From Azolla caroliniana (Eukaryota > Plantae > Polypodiophyta): a stretch of DNA of 64,000 nucleotides. The stretch lies in assembly GCA_043228905.1 (NCBI GenBank), contig JBHGNT010000010.1:19840001-19904000 (forward strand), read 5' to 3'. The notes below the pieces were generated by a model. It was not told where the DNA came from and searched no databases. It worked only from the letters and a program-made list of their open reading frames with translations. Positions 1 to 13,824 of the stretch are shown here, piece by piece. How positions within the stretch are numbered: position 1 is the first letter of the stretch; every line of letters starts with the position of its first letter. Made by a program: the position numbers and the translations under genes.

Positions 1-597
1 GTGTAATAGTATTTAGGTGTTGACTTTCTTGAAAGAGTTCCCAAGGGATAATAATAACAGAGAGTGAGTTTCCCCTATTGTTTAAAATGGTTGGAGGAAG
101 AAACTGGAGAATGATTCTATTGAATGTCTGCCTAAAGGAAATTTGACGTGAATTCTTAACCTGGGTAGGTCTATCCAGAGGAGGATGGGATTTGCTCTAA
201 AGCATTGGAATGCTTGGAAGTTTTTTGCAGTTAGGATGTGATGCTAGTAGAATGTGTAACTGTTGCAAATAAAAAATGCTAAATCTGAGGATTATGATTT
301 GCAATTAAGGATTAGAATGGGTTAAGGGATGCAATATGGTTGGACAGGGAACCTGAGATTGATTAACAATTGAACACAGTGCTTACAAATATTTTCCATT
401 AAGGAGATAAGATATTGATTGGGCAGCGTTCTCAAGATTGATTTTATTGAATGTATTACTGAAGGATTTTAATTTATTTTAATTTTATTACTGATACTAC
501 TTGGTAAGGTGTAGACCTCGACCATTTGGTAGCATCAATTTTCAAACTTTAAATTTATCAGGTTAATTTTCACCTGTTTCCGTATTGTTGTGTCCAG

Positions 598-3500
598 TCT
601 CGGATTATTATCAACTTGATGATCTTTTAACGCCTGAGGAGAAGGCTGTTCGTGCCCGAGTAAGAGAAGCTGCAGAAAAACACATCGCGCCTATTATAGC
701 CAAAGTAATTGAAATTCCTCAAAACTTTTTATTCTTGCTATGACTAATGATTCTGATTTGTGTCCCTTTGTTCTGTCAGTACTGGGAGAAGGCAGAGTTC
801 CCTTTTGAACTTGTGCCTAAGTTGGCAGAGTTAAAGGTTTCTGGAGGTACAATCCAGGTATGTTCCTTTTTTTTTGTAAGAAAAATAGAGTAGAAAAAAC
901 ATTGATATTTTCTTATCATCAAAATGCTAGATTCTAGAACTTTAGAATCTTTTAGAGAGATTACAATAGGTTCCTTACCTAAAGAAAGTGAATTTTGATT
1001 GGGTAATGCTCTTAAACTCTTCAATACTTGTGAAAGCCCTAGCTTTTAGAAATATAGTTGTAGAAAGAGTAAAGAATCTAAATTTGTTGAATAGTGTAAG
1101 TCAATATTTTAATGTATTTTTAAAATTTTAACATAAAACTACTAAAGTATAGTGGAACCTTGTGATAAAAAGAAGAATTCAGTATTTACAGATGATGTAG
1201 TTGTTGGATGCAGGGTTATGGATGCCCAGGGTTATCTGTTGTTGGGAGTGCAATTGCAATGGCTGAAATTGCACGAGTTGATGCAAGTTGTTCTACATTC
1301 ATGATGGTGCACACATGCCTAGCCATGCTTACAATTGGTATGTGTCATTTCTTATCACATTTAAATGAATCTTGTCTATATTAAAACCTGCTAACTCAAT
1401 TATTTGCTAAATCACATGCACACGTTTGTTAAATCCAATGCAACTGTTTGTTAACTCCTTGGGCTTGATTTTTTTGTAACCAGCAATGTGTGGAAGTGAG
1501 GAACAAAAACAAAGATATCTGCCATCTCTTGCTAGTCTTGATAAAATCTCATGCTGGGTAAGGTTCACGAATTGTTTACTAGTACAGATGATAACATTGC
1601 CAATATATGGATCTTAAATACATACATGATGCAGGCTCTGACGGAACCCGATTATGGTAGTGATGCAAGCTCTTTGGCAACAACAGCATCAAAGGTATTT
1701 CTTTTTATGTTTCAGATGTTTCTTACAAACTCTATTATCACTCTTCTTTTTAATCACATCTGATTTCTGGTTGTATCCTTGGGCTTGTGAAGCTATCATA
1801 TTCTGGTCACATTGTGATAAATGCATCATTGAAATTTATTAATTGAATCTTGAGTTAAATTACCATTATTCTAATTGAATAACTTCGGTGTTTAAATCAG
1901 GTGGAAGGAGGATGGTTACTTAGTGGACAGAAGAGATGGATTGGGAACAGTACTTTTGCTGATGTTCATGTTGTTTTTGCTCGGAATACACAGTCCAACC
2001 AAATTAATGGGTCAGGAGTGTTCAACTTCTAATTTTAACATTTGGGTTTGGTAGAAATAACTGACCTGTTCTTATGTGTATAGATTTATTGTTAAGAACG
2101 GAACACCTGGATACACTGCAACAAAGATTGAGAACAAAATCGGATTGCGAATTGTACAAAATGGAGACATTGTCCTAAAAGAGGTGTTTGTTCCTGATGA
2201 GGATCGCCTGGTTGGAATAAACTCTTTTCAAGATACCGCCAAGGTTGTAAAGTCTTTCTGTATAATCCTAATTAATAAGGGGGCTAAAGGAAATTAATAT
2301 CTTTGAAAAATATCTAAAGACAAAAATTAAGGGCGCCATACAAGAGAAAATAACTTAATAGGAAGCGTTAAAATGAATATAATGAAAGTCATGCGAAGGA
2401 TAAAATTAATTCAATACAGGGAACTTTCTTGGATGCCAATTATGCCTTACAAATGTGCAATGAATAATGTAAAACTGTAGGTGCTTGCAGTCTCAAGAAT
2501 TGTAGTTGCATGGCAACCGATCGGTATAAGCATGGGAGTTTATGACATGTGTCAAAGGTGCTCTCTTTTTGAACACTAAATAATAGAAAACTTGTGAAAT
2601 GTATGAAGGTTTATCCAAATTTATAATAGTATGTTCTGAAATGGAAATTCTTCAGATATCTGCACGAGAGAAAGCAATTTGGAGCCCCGTTAGCATCGTA
2701 CCAAATCAACCAAGAGAAACTAACTCGCATGCTAGGGAATATACAAGCTATGTCTCTTATGGGATGGAGATTATGCAAGCTCTATGAAGCAGGAAAGATG
2801 ACACCTGGACAAGCAAGCCTAGCAAAGGTTGGTATGATAATTTTGATATTACACATCTGTAGATATAGATCTCCTGATGGATTAGATTTTGTATTGGTAT
2901 CAAAAGTCAGATATGACATATGGACCAAACTGGAAAAGTTCTATGCAGTGATTTTTTATTTCTGAGTTATTTGCTTCATACCTGCTATGTTTGAATCCAC
3001 ATTGTGGCCAGAAGAGAGTGGAAGTGTGTATGGGTAGAGCATTTGGGGGGTTGAGTTTTCTTTGGTCCAATTTGTCCGAAGAAAGGCTGGTAGAAGCACT
3101 TAAAACACATGCAAACATCAAGTTTTTTAAAATACTATAGAGCAATATCGACGAAATTAGGATGCCAAATTTGATAGAGATAGGAATCTGATGTTAGAAT
3201 GCCAAGTAAACTAATCTTTCTATATGATAATGCATCTAGAGAGAGAGAGAGTCCACACAGTTTTAGCTCAGTTGGGCAAAGCTGTCCTGTGGGAACCAGA
3301 TTGTTATTCAAACACTACGTTCTGTAGTGCCTCTTTGACCTCAGGTTTATCAACGATGTGGTGAGAATGGTGTGATATGGTGAGCAGGATTGTGGGGTTC
3401 CTAAACCAGGGGAGATTGACCAAAACAGTTATTTGTTTGTTTTTGCCTAGAGATGATGACACGTAAATGTGCTCTTGACAATTGTGTAGAGCATGTAAAC

Positions 3501-4270
3501 CTATGCTTCATGTCATGTTCGTGAGTATGTATATATATAAGTGGGCGAGCATCTAAACCTCTGCATTTCGTGCCATGCACCTGAGTATTTGTAATATATG
3601 AACAGGTGTATATGTATGGACATGTTTGTAAATGGGAACTTGTTTGTGTAAATGTAGTTGCATGAATGTCAGTTTGTATGTGTATGAGAAAGAAAGAGAG
3701 AGAAAGAGAGAGAAAGAGAGAATTTTTGTTTTTAGTCTTGGAATACTTTACGTGCAAGGGAGACGGTGGCATTGGGTCGAGAACTGCTCGGTGGAAATGG
3801 CATTCTGGCTGACTTTCTTGTGGCGAAGGTTTGACTCACACGTTTTTATAGAACCTTATATTCGAGAACAGGGAAAATAATACCAGAGAATACCCGTACT
3901 CTTTTGAATACTTACCAGAAATACCCACGAGTATCCAAAGAATATATTAGAATATACAATAAACGGTAACCTATGGGTGTTCTCATAAAAAATGCCCAGT
4001 CAGGTGTATTTGTAATTTGGAAACATAGGGATATTCTGGTAAATATACAAAAATGCTAGGGTATATACTGCAGTTTGGCCCTTGAAAATATGCAATCTTG
4101 CATTGTATGTATATAGATTGCCCTAACATTTTGACTTACAGGCATTCTGTGATTTGGAACCGATCTACACTTACGAAGGCACATATGAAGTGAACTCTCT
4201 TGTTGCTGGAAGAGAGGTGACTGGGATTGCAAGTTTTAAAGCTCCTTTTAAAGGGGAAAGAGTGAAATAA
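598..4270 (+). CDS. ACX4: Acyl-CoA oxidase 4 (short-chain, acyl-CoA dehydrogenase-like fold); multi-exon, 5' exon(s) upstream of window
   Basis: GT-AG exons join in frame: [18 protein letters not shown] (from 598), [104 protein letters not shown]; TAA at 4268-4270. Motifs match plant ACX4 as I recall it. Confidence 0.93.
3255..3425 (+). mobile_element. Possible degenerate tRNA-derived SINE relic in ACX4 intron
   Basis: Pol III box A-like TAGCTCAGTTGG at 3264-3275 and weak box B-like ATTCAAACAC near 3306; no cloverleaf or TSD seen. Confidence 0.3.
3871..4081. mobile_element. Mutator-like foldback MITE in last ACX4 intron
   Basis: ~65-bp imperfect terminal inverted repeats (left GGGAAAATAATACCAGAGAATACCCG...TTACCAGAAATACCC; right reverse complement GGGCCAAACTGCAGTATATACCCTAG...TTACCAGAATATCCC). 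Flanks TCGAGAACA (3862-3870) and TTGAAAATA (4082-4090) differ by 3 transitions, consistent with a decayed 9-bp TSD. Confidence 0.65.
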
Positions 4271-6208
4271 AATGGGTATCTGTAAAGAAACATTTTTAGC
4301 GGTATAAATGTAAATGCAAAGTTTTCAAGCATTTTGAATGGAAAAAAAGGATGATGAAAAAAAACCTTTGGTTATATGTATTTATGTGTGTATAGAAAGG
4401 GCAGGTGGTGCTCTGTTTAGCAATAAGAAACAGCCTCAGAAAATATGTTTTTATTTATTTGTACTGAATATTCAATAAATCATTTAAGCTCATTCACGTC
4501 ACACACTTGATTATAATTTTCCTGAGTATCTCAATTGCAGAAATATTATATGTAGCCAGGGACCTCATGTATCTCAGAGATTTGCCTTGTACACAATTTA
4601 TTTCTGAGGAAAGGGGTACAACTTATTTGCCTTGTAGAATCTAGCATTAATGTGCATACAGGGGAAAGATCGATGATTTTCATGGCACATATTTTCTTAA
4701 ACAGTTCTTTAGGGTAACCACCAGGGATGAATACCATGAATTTAAGCACTCTGAATGTATTCGAAGTAAAGTCTTTATGCAGGTGATTAGCAGAAAGTGA
4801 TGACTTGATCGTGCACATGCATTGGGAAAGGGGAGGGGGATTTCTAGAGGTTTGTTAAGCAAGATGTCCCCTGTTTGATTGGGGCATTTAATCCATTTAT
4901 AATTTTTCCACCCGAGTATTTGTGCATATGTGAGGATAGACAACACTTGACATGAAGTATTTCGGGTTATGTACCCAATTTTTAGGTAATAATAGATGAC
5001 ACACATACATGAAAGCAATTAAACGTTTTAGGAAATCATAATTTTGTTTTTTGTTCAATTGAAGCACTATTGATATTTTGCAATAAATGTTTATCTTGGC
5101 CACTATTGGGTAACCATGATATTAGTACAAGCCAATCTACCAATACAACTTTGTATGAAATACATATTTTGATATTTAAACATTAGATATGGTAGTTATA
5201 GTGCACGCTTGGTTTTGGCTTGGTTTAACTTTTGATAGTTGGGTGATCTATGGCATCTTTTAAACTTTCCCAACCCTCGTCATATTTATTGATCTTTGCT
5301 TTGCCCAAGCTCAAGGTGAGCATACATTAATCAAAAAGCTGATATAATGTTCAAAGTAGGATTCATAATGTGTACCTCCAAAAGTAGGACTTATAATGCG
5401 TACGTCCAACTTACAAAACATTGTGTACACCAAAAGGTGGCAACAATGATTATTTGTTGGCTCATACATCATAAGATTTCTTCCCACTTTAATTTTTATT
5501 TTATTTGAGGAAGCCAAATTTTGCACTTGGGACAAATAAACATGTACATAGTGTGTGTTCCTCATCAAATAAAAAATTACATTGGAAATTTCAAATTAGG
5601 CACTGAATGTCCACCTATATGTGAATTGAGGCATTCATACCTTGCCTAAAGAGTGACATCCTTTGATTCCTTCCAATTTTTTTCCACATCTACACCCAAT
5701 ATGTTGCATATAGATTGCATGATGCAACTAATTTCTTGGCTCTCAACTTATTTGCATACAGTTTCGCCTTTTCATAGTAAGGTTACATTATGCATCTTCT
5801 TTCCTACACCTTGGAATGCATTTTACATTATGCAAGTTTGAGATGGAAACCTTGAAATATAAGGTATTGTGCTTTTGGGTCAAGTGACCAAGGGGCGATT
5901 TTGAATGTATTCACCATGAGTAGATCACATACTTTCATCAACTCATAGACAACAATAGTCACTTCCCCCAAAGGTGGGCGACATGCCAACATGTTTGTCA
6001 TAGGGAAATGCATTGCACTATTCATAATTTTCAAGTTTGTGCAATAAGCATGTGTACAAGAAGCCTACCATAATGGGACAATCGTCTAAATCATGTGTCA
6101 AATCAAAACTCATTGCATTATCATCTACTTCTACATTTTGATGATTTCCCTCTATCATTAACATGTCCCACAGTCTATACTTTTCCAAGATTCTCATAAG
6201 TATAACAT

Positions 6209-6282
6209 GTTTGTTTGTTTGTTTGTGTGTGCGTGTGCGTGCGTGCGTGTGTGCGTGTGTGTGTGTGAGAGAGAGAGAGAGA
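6209..6282. repeat. Compound microsatellite (GTTT)n/(GT,GCGT)n/(GA)n
   Basis: Read directly from the sequence. Confidence 0.9.
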
Positions 6283-7213
6283 GGTACAACAAGGTTGAAT
6301 TTGTAGTTTATGGGGGTGTGAATTCACTTTTTGTTAGCGATTGACTACCTATAGCTTGTATGACTCCCTATGAGGTCACTTTGATTGAACAAGATTGAAA
6401 TATAACACTAATTATGCTTATGGATGATGACAAATCTTTGGACATAGATTTGGCATCTACATTGCCATATCTAGCAAAGGTCCTTATTTTGGAGAATGGT
6501 GATTAGGGTGTGTTCTATTTGGGATCAACTCTAAAGAGGTATGGAGTATACAATTTTTTATTTGTTCTGAACATCTCAATTGGAATATAGTCATCACTAC
6601 TTGACAATGTAAGACCACTCGTCACATTTGGGATCATATTTCTTCAATTTGGCAGGTTTAGTCACGTTGTCGGAAGAGAGGTGTGGCCATTGGGGACATT
6701 GGGGATTACATTTCTCCGATTTGGTGGGTGTAGCCACATTTGTCAGTTGAGGTAGACATAGTGGGCAATTCACGCGCTTGACACACCTTGATCTAAAACT
6801 GAAGATTATGCTGGATGTATCGAGGGGATCGGGTCGTGATTCAGATATGTGCAGTGCATTCATTCATGTCACGATAGCGAGCACACAAGGAGTTTAAAAG
6901 CATATCTGAGGGAGTTAGATGGTTTCCATGGGGAGTGGCTTCTTCTTCTTCTCCTCCTCCTCCTCCTCCGTCTTCTTCTTCTTCTTCTTCTTCTTCTTCG
7001 TGAGTATATTGGCTTGTCAACGTGTCCCGAAATGATGTCTCATATAACGTTTGCATTTGTTTTGGTGGGGGGGACAAATGGACGGACAAGTGTGAAACCA
7101 AACGAGTGCTCTTGTCGGACTATAAATTCAACCCGAGTTTTCGTCGTCGTCGTCATCGTCTGACTTCACTTTCCGACAAAAGCTTCCTGCTGAATCGGCG
7201 ATGGAGGCTCCAG

Positions 7214-7215
<2 letters not shown>

Positions 7216-7250
<35 letters not shown>
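7216..7250 (+). promoter_or_regulatory. (CT)n tract at probable cyclin C promoter/5' UTR (GAGA/BBR-BPC-like element)
   Basis: CT tract in a locally GC-richer segment ~3.2 kb upstream of the cyclin C ATG, followed by candidate donors (CAGG|GTAAAA ~7272, CCT|GTATGT ~7324). TSS position is inferred. Confidence 0.45.
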
Positions 7251-7252
<2 letters not shown>

Positions 7253-7319
7253 GTGCGCATCCGCGTTCAGGGTAAAACAAAAAAAACACCTAATCCTCGA
7301 GCATCTGCTTTACCTTAAT

Positions 7320-7960
7320 TCCTGTATGTCGAGAAATTCCTTCACTCCAAATGTGTCGACAATTATTCGGAAAAATGTCTTACTCTTCTTCTTTCCTTTC
7401 CTGAAAATCGGATTGCTTCTTGCGTTGCCGTGAATTGCTTAAAAAATAGCCTTCCTTTCTTCCTTCCTTTCCTGAGGATCGATTTACTACTTTTTGAGTC
7501 AAGAATTGTTAGAATTTCTGAGAATCGAATTTCTGATTCTGTGTCGAGAAGATTCTCCAGTAGTAGCCTATTTTAGCTTTGACATTCTCTGAGAAACCTA
7601 ATTTTCTTTGCTGAAAGTCAGTGCTGAGGACTGTTCAAAAAGATTTTATTTAGCTACCTGTGTGGAGAATTGCTCAAAAGTTAAACCTAATTTTTCTTTT
7701 CTGTAGTCAAAACACCTGGACAAAAATCTTATTTTTAATTTGTCAGAAAATTATTAAACTTACTTTTCTGTCCTGCAATGAAACTGCCTATGTAAATAAT
7801 TAGGCAGAAAAGGATAATATATTAGCTCGTTTAACTGAAATTGAACCACCTGTTTGGAGAATTGTTTGAGAAGTTAAAATCTCGTTGACTGAAGTTGAAC
7901 CACCTCGGAGTATTTTTTCAAAAAGCCTAATCAAACAACCTGTATGAAGAATTGTTCTTA
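7320..7960. repeat. Highly degenerate minisatellite in putative cyclin C first intron
   Basis: Recurring core CCTGTRTSGAGAATTGYTC at ~7321, 7351, 7493, 7539, 7656, 7848 and 7938. Confidence 0.5.
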
Positions 7961-9273
7961 GTACACTTGGTTCACTTTGCTGAGTAAAAGTACCATTTTC
8001 ATATGAAAATCCAACCTATCCGTGCCCATGGATTCTTTAGAAAGCTAGTTTTTTTTATTGAAATAGATGTATTCATGTCAAGGAATTTTCAGCATAAAAT
8101 TCAATTCGCGTTACTGAAACTCAACGAAATTTCCATCCCACTCTCTAACGTCACTTTGATCTATGAGTCACCAAAAATGTTGTAATGAAAGAATGCTGTG
8201 GTACTGATCCTCCATCAAACTCCTGTTCTCTGCTTTACTCTTTTTTATTTTTCGTGCATCAATATTACCTTCATTTTTTAGTATGGCCAGTTCTGATATA
8301 AAGTTTCACCAGTCTATTTCGACTTTTATATATTTTGTCCCTTTGAAAGAACTATTGCTGTCTGTTTAACGGAAATGTTTAGAGATCTCTGATCTAGTTA
8401 ATTAACCTAAATTGCTTCTGAATTTCATTAATTATAAGATGAATCTTGATTTGCATATGATTAGGATCAACTTGGACTGAATTGTGCCTTATTAATTTTC
8501 AAATAAGCATACTTTTGAATATATGAAACAGATGAGAATGATAGATAAATTTCCATACTTTCATTGCTAGTGCCGTTTATAACCTTTTTGGTTGCTTTTA
8601 ATTTAGTTCCTACGAAATTACATGCTTTTAGTCTTTTCCTCTTATATATTTGACGTGACACCTAGGATATATAATGTGTGTATGTGCCTTTTCATTCTCA
8701 TTTGAAATACTTTAGGGTTAGGGTTAGCTTTTCTTTTGGTAGAGGCCAATAGCCAGTCCCGATAGCCTGCCCACTAGGTTTGAGACTAGCATGAACCCCA
8801 AGATCCCACACGATATTTTTTATGAGCTGGTGAATAAAGTACTTCACTGCACCCCTAACCCATACTCACTCTACCTTAACGTGATAACAGAATGCACCAT
8901 AACGGCATATGGAAGATACTATGCTCCACATATGGGGTTTCTGCAAAAAAATCTTCCTAATAAAGAAACTCCATGCACAACAAAACTTGCACAAGCACGA
9001 TGGTGCAAGTTGATGAGTTTTCTATGGTCTATCAGACACTTCCGGTATGGTAGTAACTCTGGCCCAAATGAATCCTTAACCACCTTTGGTGACTTCGGGA
9101 TTAATCAATGTTGCTAGCTCGAGGAACTGAGTGAGCAGCTAAGTGAGGAACATTGTATGCTGAAACCTCTTTGTGGCATAGCAAGTTTGACCAGTTGAGC
9201 CAAAAAGGATCGAAACAACTTTGTTGAACAACAGTTGATAAGTTGCTAGGAACTAAGCAAGATGATGTACTTT

Positions 9274-9574
9274 GCACTTCTACATAGGGCTGTATGTGGT
9301 CCAACTTCTCATACTTCTTTTAGTGGGGCATCCTATTTTGCTACAATAATCAATGATGCAAGCTGAATGAATGGAATTTCCCTTTGCTATTCAAAGCATT
9401 TAAAAAAGATTATGCGTGGCTAAGAGCACTTCTACAGAGGGATGTATGTGGTTCAATTTCCCATAATTCTTTTAGTGGCCTATTTTGTTACAATGACTGA
9501 TGATGCAATCTGAAATGAACAGGATTTCCCTCTGCTATTCAAAGCATTTAAAAAATGATTATGCATGACTAAGG
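9274..9574. repeat. Direct tandem duplication, ~150-bp unit x2
   Basis: GCACTTCTACA...TGCTATTCAAAGCATTTAAAAAA...CTAAG at ~9274-9424 and ~9426-9574. Confidence 0.85.
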
Positions 9575-10429
9575 GCAAAACAAGCTAAGATGCTTCGGCA
9601 AAAATAATGGTGGTTAGTTTGTCTCTGATGCACATGACATTATGATGGAGCTCACAACTCCTTATTCTCCTCCCAAAAATTTAGTCATCAGAAAATGAAT
9701 TATATGATTCAAGAACAACTTGTATGCATGATAGCTCATGCTGGTTTGAATCATATGCCATGAAAGGCATCTTTAGATAATTTAAGGGAACGAAGGACAC
9801 AATCATCCATTTTGGTGATTGTGAGACAGTATCTGAGGTGATAGAGATTTCTGATTTAATAGGGATTGTGGATGTTAAGTCTGCATCAAGTATTTGTTTA
9901 CATCAGCTGGTGTTGCATAGAAAAGGTTTCGCAAATATTTACATCATCATATGACCACTGCATAAATTATTTGTTTGTTAGCTGAGAATCTTCTGGTATA
10001 ATCAGACCTCAATGCACGTGTATTTTGGACAGCCAGTGCTGGGAAAAGTACTGATATTAATTCTTATGCAGGTTAAACACAAAGACATTATTTCCCAGTT
10101 TTTACATATGCGAGGGCACAAGGTAACTTTCTGAGGTATATATTTTTCAAAGTTTTTATGCCGAAGATATGGCTAAAAGATTTCATTTGCTAGTATTTCT
10201 CATTGGGACTCTAGCAAATGATGCATTCAAAAAACTGGGTGCCTCTATTTTAAGAAGGCAAGGAAATCATGCATTACGTAATGAGCATTTACAGTTTTTT
10301 GTGTAGGTTGGAAATCATGCATTTAACCGATATATAACTTTTGGAAAGATTTTCTGTATAATTTCTCATGTATTCTCCAAATCTAGTTTATCAATTTTAT
10401 GCTTTATAATTCTCAGGTTTAAAGCAATT

Positions 10430-13400
10430 ATGGCAGCCAATTTTTGGACTTCCTCCCACTAGTATTATCCTCTTCTCTTTATCAATTCTATTTATTGTGC
10501 ATCACAATATCTGCTCTGATATATCTTTAAGAGTATTTATGCTTTCTTAGTATGCACTTCAAAAATAATATCCTAGTTAATAAAAACGAGAATATACTTT
10601 AGATATTCATGATTATAGCACATCAATTATTTATGCATTCTAACATGTAGGGTCACCAGCAGTTTTGTTTAAAAACTAAACCCTAAACCCTAAGTTATAA
10701 GATAATATTATTCTTTTCTTCTCTCCCATTTGAAATGCACAAGTACATCTAAACAGACACTACTACTTATATCAGAGAACAGAAGATGATTAGTTGCATC
10801 CTTTGAGTTCTTCTATGTACACAAGAGCATCCTCCCTTATGAGTTTATGGATTGGCAGCAAAACACTTTTTGATGAAGATAATATAGGACGTGTGCTTTC
10901 TGAAGATAGGGATTATGGATTGACAGAAGAAGATGTCAAAGTGGTCAAGATAGGCATGTCATTATGTATGTACTTCTCTTATTTACTTCTTAATTTGCAA
11001 CAGATATGCATGCTTTTATCCAAATATTTGTATCCATAAGTTGCATACAAATGTGATGGTTAAATATTTCTATAATTTCTTCTATTTTCTTGCACTGTGA
11101 TAGCTAGTGGCTCATTCCAACTTTCAAGAAAGGAACTCTAAATATTTGAAGTTTTTTATGTGTCTTTGATTCAAATGGTGTCTTTTCATGTCATTTAAAA
11201 AGTTTGTTGTTCTGTTAATACGTAGTATATAAATGTGTGTCAAGATCAACTACTTGTACACATTTTAATGCATCTACGGACATATGTCACCCTTGCATAC
11301 ACAGATAATTGTAGCAAATTGTGTTGGAGGACGTATAAACTTTATGCTTCACCTAATCACATGTTTTTATTTCTCAAGCTAACAGATAACTATCTTTGCT
11401 TTTCCAGACATTAAATTATTGGCCACCCAAGCAAAAGTAAGGCAAAGGTAACATGATGAGAGTTTTTAACCTCTCTACATCTCATGCCCACTCAAGTATC
11501 TTCTGAAAACTTTTTGGGGGCGATGTAGAGAAGACCCCATTTGAAAGACTACTAGATCTTTCTTTTGGAATTTACCTCACTAAAATGCTATAACGAACAA
11601 TCAATATTTTGGAATATAGGGTTGTTGCCACTGCAATAGCTTACTTCAGACGCATATACACAAGGTAGATATGTGTGTCCACTTTACCCAATAAACTTTT
11701 TTAAATTATATTTTTTTAGGATTTCATTTGTCATATTATACACAAAACTGATGTATGCATGGATGTGCACGAATAGAGACATTGAGTAGGTTAGAATACT
11801 GAATCATATGCAAATTAAGTCGAAGCTTTAAATATTAAGAATGCATATTACATATATATATATTATATTCATTTCAAATGCTGAGGTTTTTCATAGTCAT
11901 CATAATGATATTTAGTATAAGGAGAAGGCTTCTTTGCATAATGATTGTCGGATTGTTACTTCAACCAAATCTTAAATTCATTAAAGCAGGATGCTCTAGT
12001 GTAGTCAATTTTCAAGATTCGTATATCAGGATTTAGTGATGCTTATAATTTATAACGTTACACTCCTTGTACATTTATAACAAGACAGGAAAAGCTTTGC
12101 AGAATTTGATCCTTGTTTAGTAGCTCCAACTTGTTTGTATTTGGCATCAAAAGCGGAAGAGAGCACGGTGCCAGCAAAGCACCTTATCTTCTTCATGAAA
12201 AAGATATGTAAGATTCCTTAACATGTATGATGTATTATAATGTTTCTTCTTCAGCAGTGTAGGCCATCAAAAGTGTGGATATGTTATTGTTTCCATAAAG
12301 TAGGGTTAGATTCTTCAGTACGTAATCCTTCGGTTTATATAATACTCTGTAAAATGTTCGTTTCTTTCCTATGTACATTGTCTTCTAACTTATGCTTGTC
12401 TGCATCAATGAGTTTATTCTTAGTTTCAAACTGAATGTTAATAAGACACTGATTGCGAAATATTTCCTGTTTGCTGGAAAAATGTTTGCGTTGTTTCTTG
12501 ATTTTAATTCATATTTCTTGAGAACAAATGCCTGTTGTTTATGCTGTCTTTTATTAACCTGTATTCATTTTAACATTGGGACCTTAGTCCTTATTTTGTA
12601 ATTTGCTGAACACATGTTTTCTTGCTTTGTGTCTTCATCCTAATTCATATTACTTTAAAAAAAGCATACTGTCTATGCTAATTTATCATCGTAACATTTC
12701 TAATAATGTTCACAATTATGGTGGATTTTGATTGCCAGTTCAGGATGAAAGAAGCTCATATGAAGTGAAGGACATTCTTGAGATGGAAATGAAACTACTT
12801 GAATCTCTTGATTACTACCTTGTTGTTTATCATCCATATCGGCCTCTTGTAAGGTATGGATTAGCTATCAATCTAGTTCTCAATGATTAGTGTATGAGAA
12901 AAATCTCTACATCAATTATCTCTCTTATGCATATGATTCACAAACAGATTTTTACAAGATGCGGGACTGATGGACCTTGTAGCAGATGCATGGTATAAAA
13001 CTCTAAAACATCATTAGTTTCGTTGAAAAATGCCTATATACCCTAACTCTTTACATATATACCAGACTGCCCGTCATGTTTTTAAAAATAGAACACGTGC
13101 AAATTTTTAGGAATGCTAAAACACCACTTGCAAATTTAAGTAATTTAATGAGTGATTCTGGTATATATGTTGCCCATCATGTTTTAAAAAATAGAACACG
13201 TGCAAATTTTTAGAATTGCTAAAACATCACTTGCAAATTGAAGTAATTTAATGAGTGATTAAATTTGTTAGCCTATTTTTTGATAATTAGGGCAAATCAA
13301 TTAATCAGATTATAATTGCTAACTTAGCCAATCTGACCTAATTAATAATTGCTAACTTAGCCAATCTAGTAATTTTTGTAATCCAAAAAGTTAGGTGCAT

Positions 13401-13824
13401 ATATCCGTTTTTTCAACATTTTAGATATGGAAAGGACCCTTATGGTTAGAGGATGTTAAAATTTTACCAATCTATGGACAGGTCCTTGGTAAATGACACA
13501 TATAAAACAGATATAATTCTTATGTATCCGCCACACATTATCGCTTTGTCTTGTATATTCTTGCTCTGCATACTCAAAGAAAGGGATGCCTCTTCATGGT
13601 TTGAGGAGCTGCGGATTGATTTGAACTTGGTACGTGTGTTTTTTTTGTGAATGTAAGGATGATGAGATTAGAGAATTAGAGATGCTAATACATTTTGTTG
13701 TGACAACTTTCAGATTAAAAAGATTTCCATGGTCATTCTTGATTTCTACGATAATTATCGTGAGGTTGAGCATTTGGATGACAAAGTGAACCTAGTATTG
13801 AGTAAACTTCGGCAAAGAACATAA
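10430..13824 (+). CDS. CYCC1: Cyclin C (Mediator CDK8 module), 9 coding exons
   Basis: ATG 10430 MAANFWTSSH; spliced exons give KVRQRVVATAIAYFRRIYTR, PTCLYLASKAEES, ILEMEMKLLESLDYYLVVYHPYRPL, LVNDTYKTDIILMYPPHIIAL; TAA at 13822-13824. Confidence 0.95.
13071..13260. repeat. Intronic ~88-bp direct duplication in cyclin C
   Basis: TCATGTTTT...AATAGAACACGTGCAAATTTTTAG...GTAATTTAATGAGTGATT at ~13071-13157 and ~13173-13260; a 22-bp duplication ATAATTGCTAACTTAGCCAATC follows at ~13312 and ~13346. Confidence 0.85.

Noticed and set aside
3264-3320. tRNA gene
   Set aside because: Only box A matches well; no acceptor/anticodon stems could be formed. Kept as a weak SINE relic.
4268-4285. Readthrough-encoded cryptic PTS1 in ACX4
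   Set aside because: The stop is TAA in a non-leaky context, and the extension ends -GYL, not a recognised PTS1.
6841-7318. ORFs with poly-E/G/L and SLSL runs
   Set aside because: Translations of CTT/CCT and CT microsatellites; no domain motifs.
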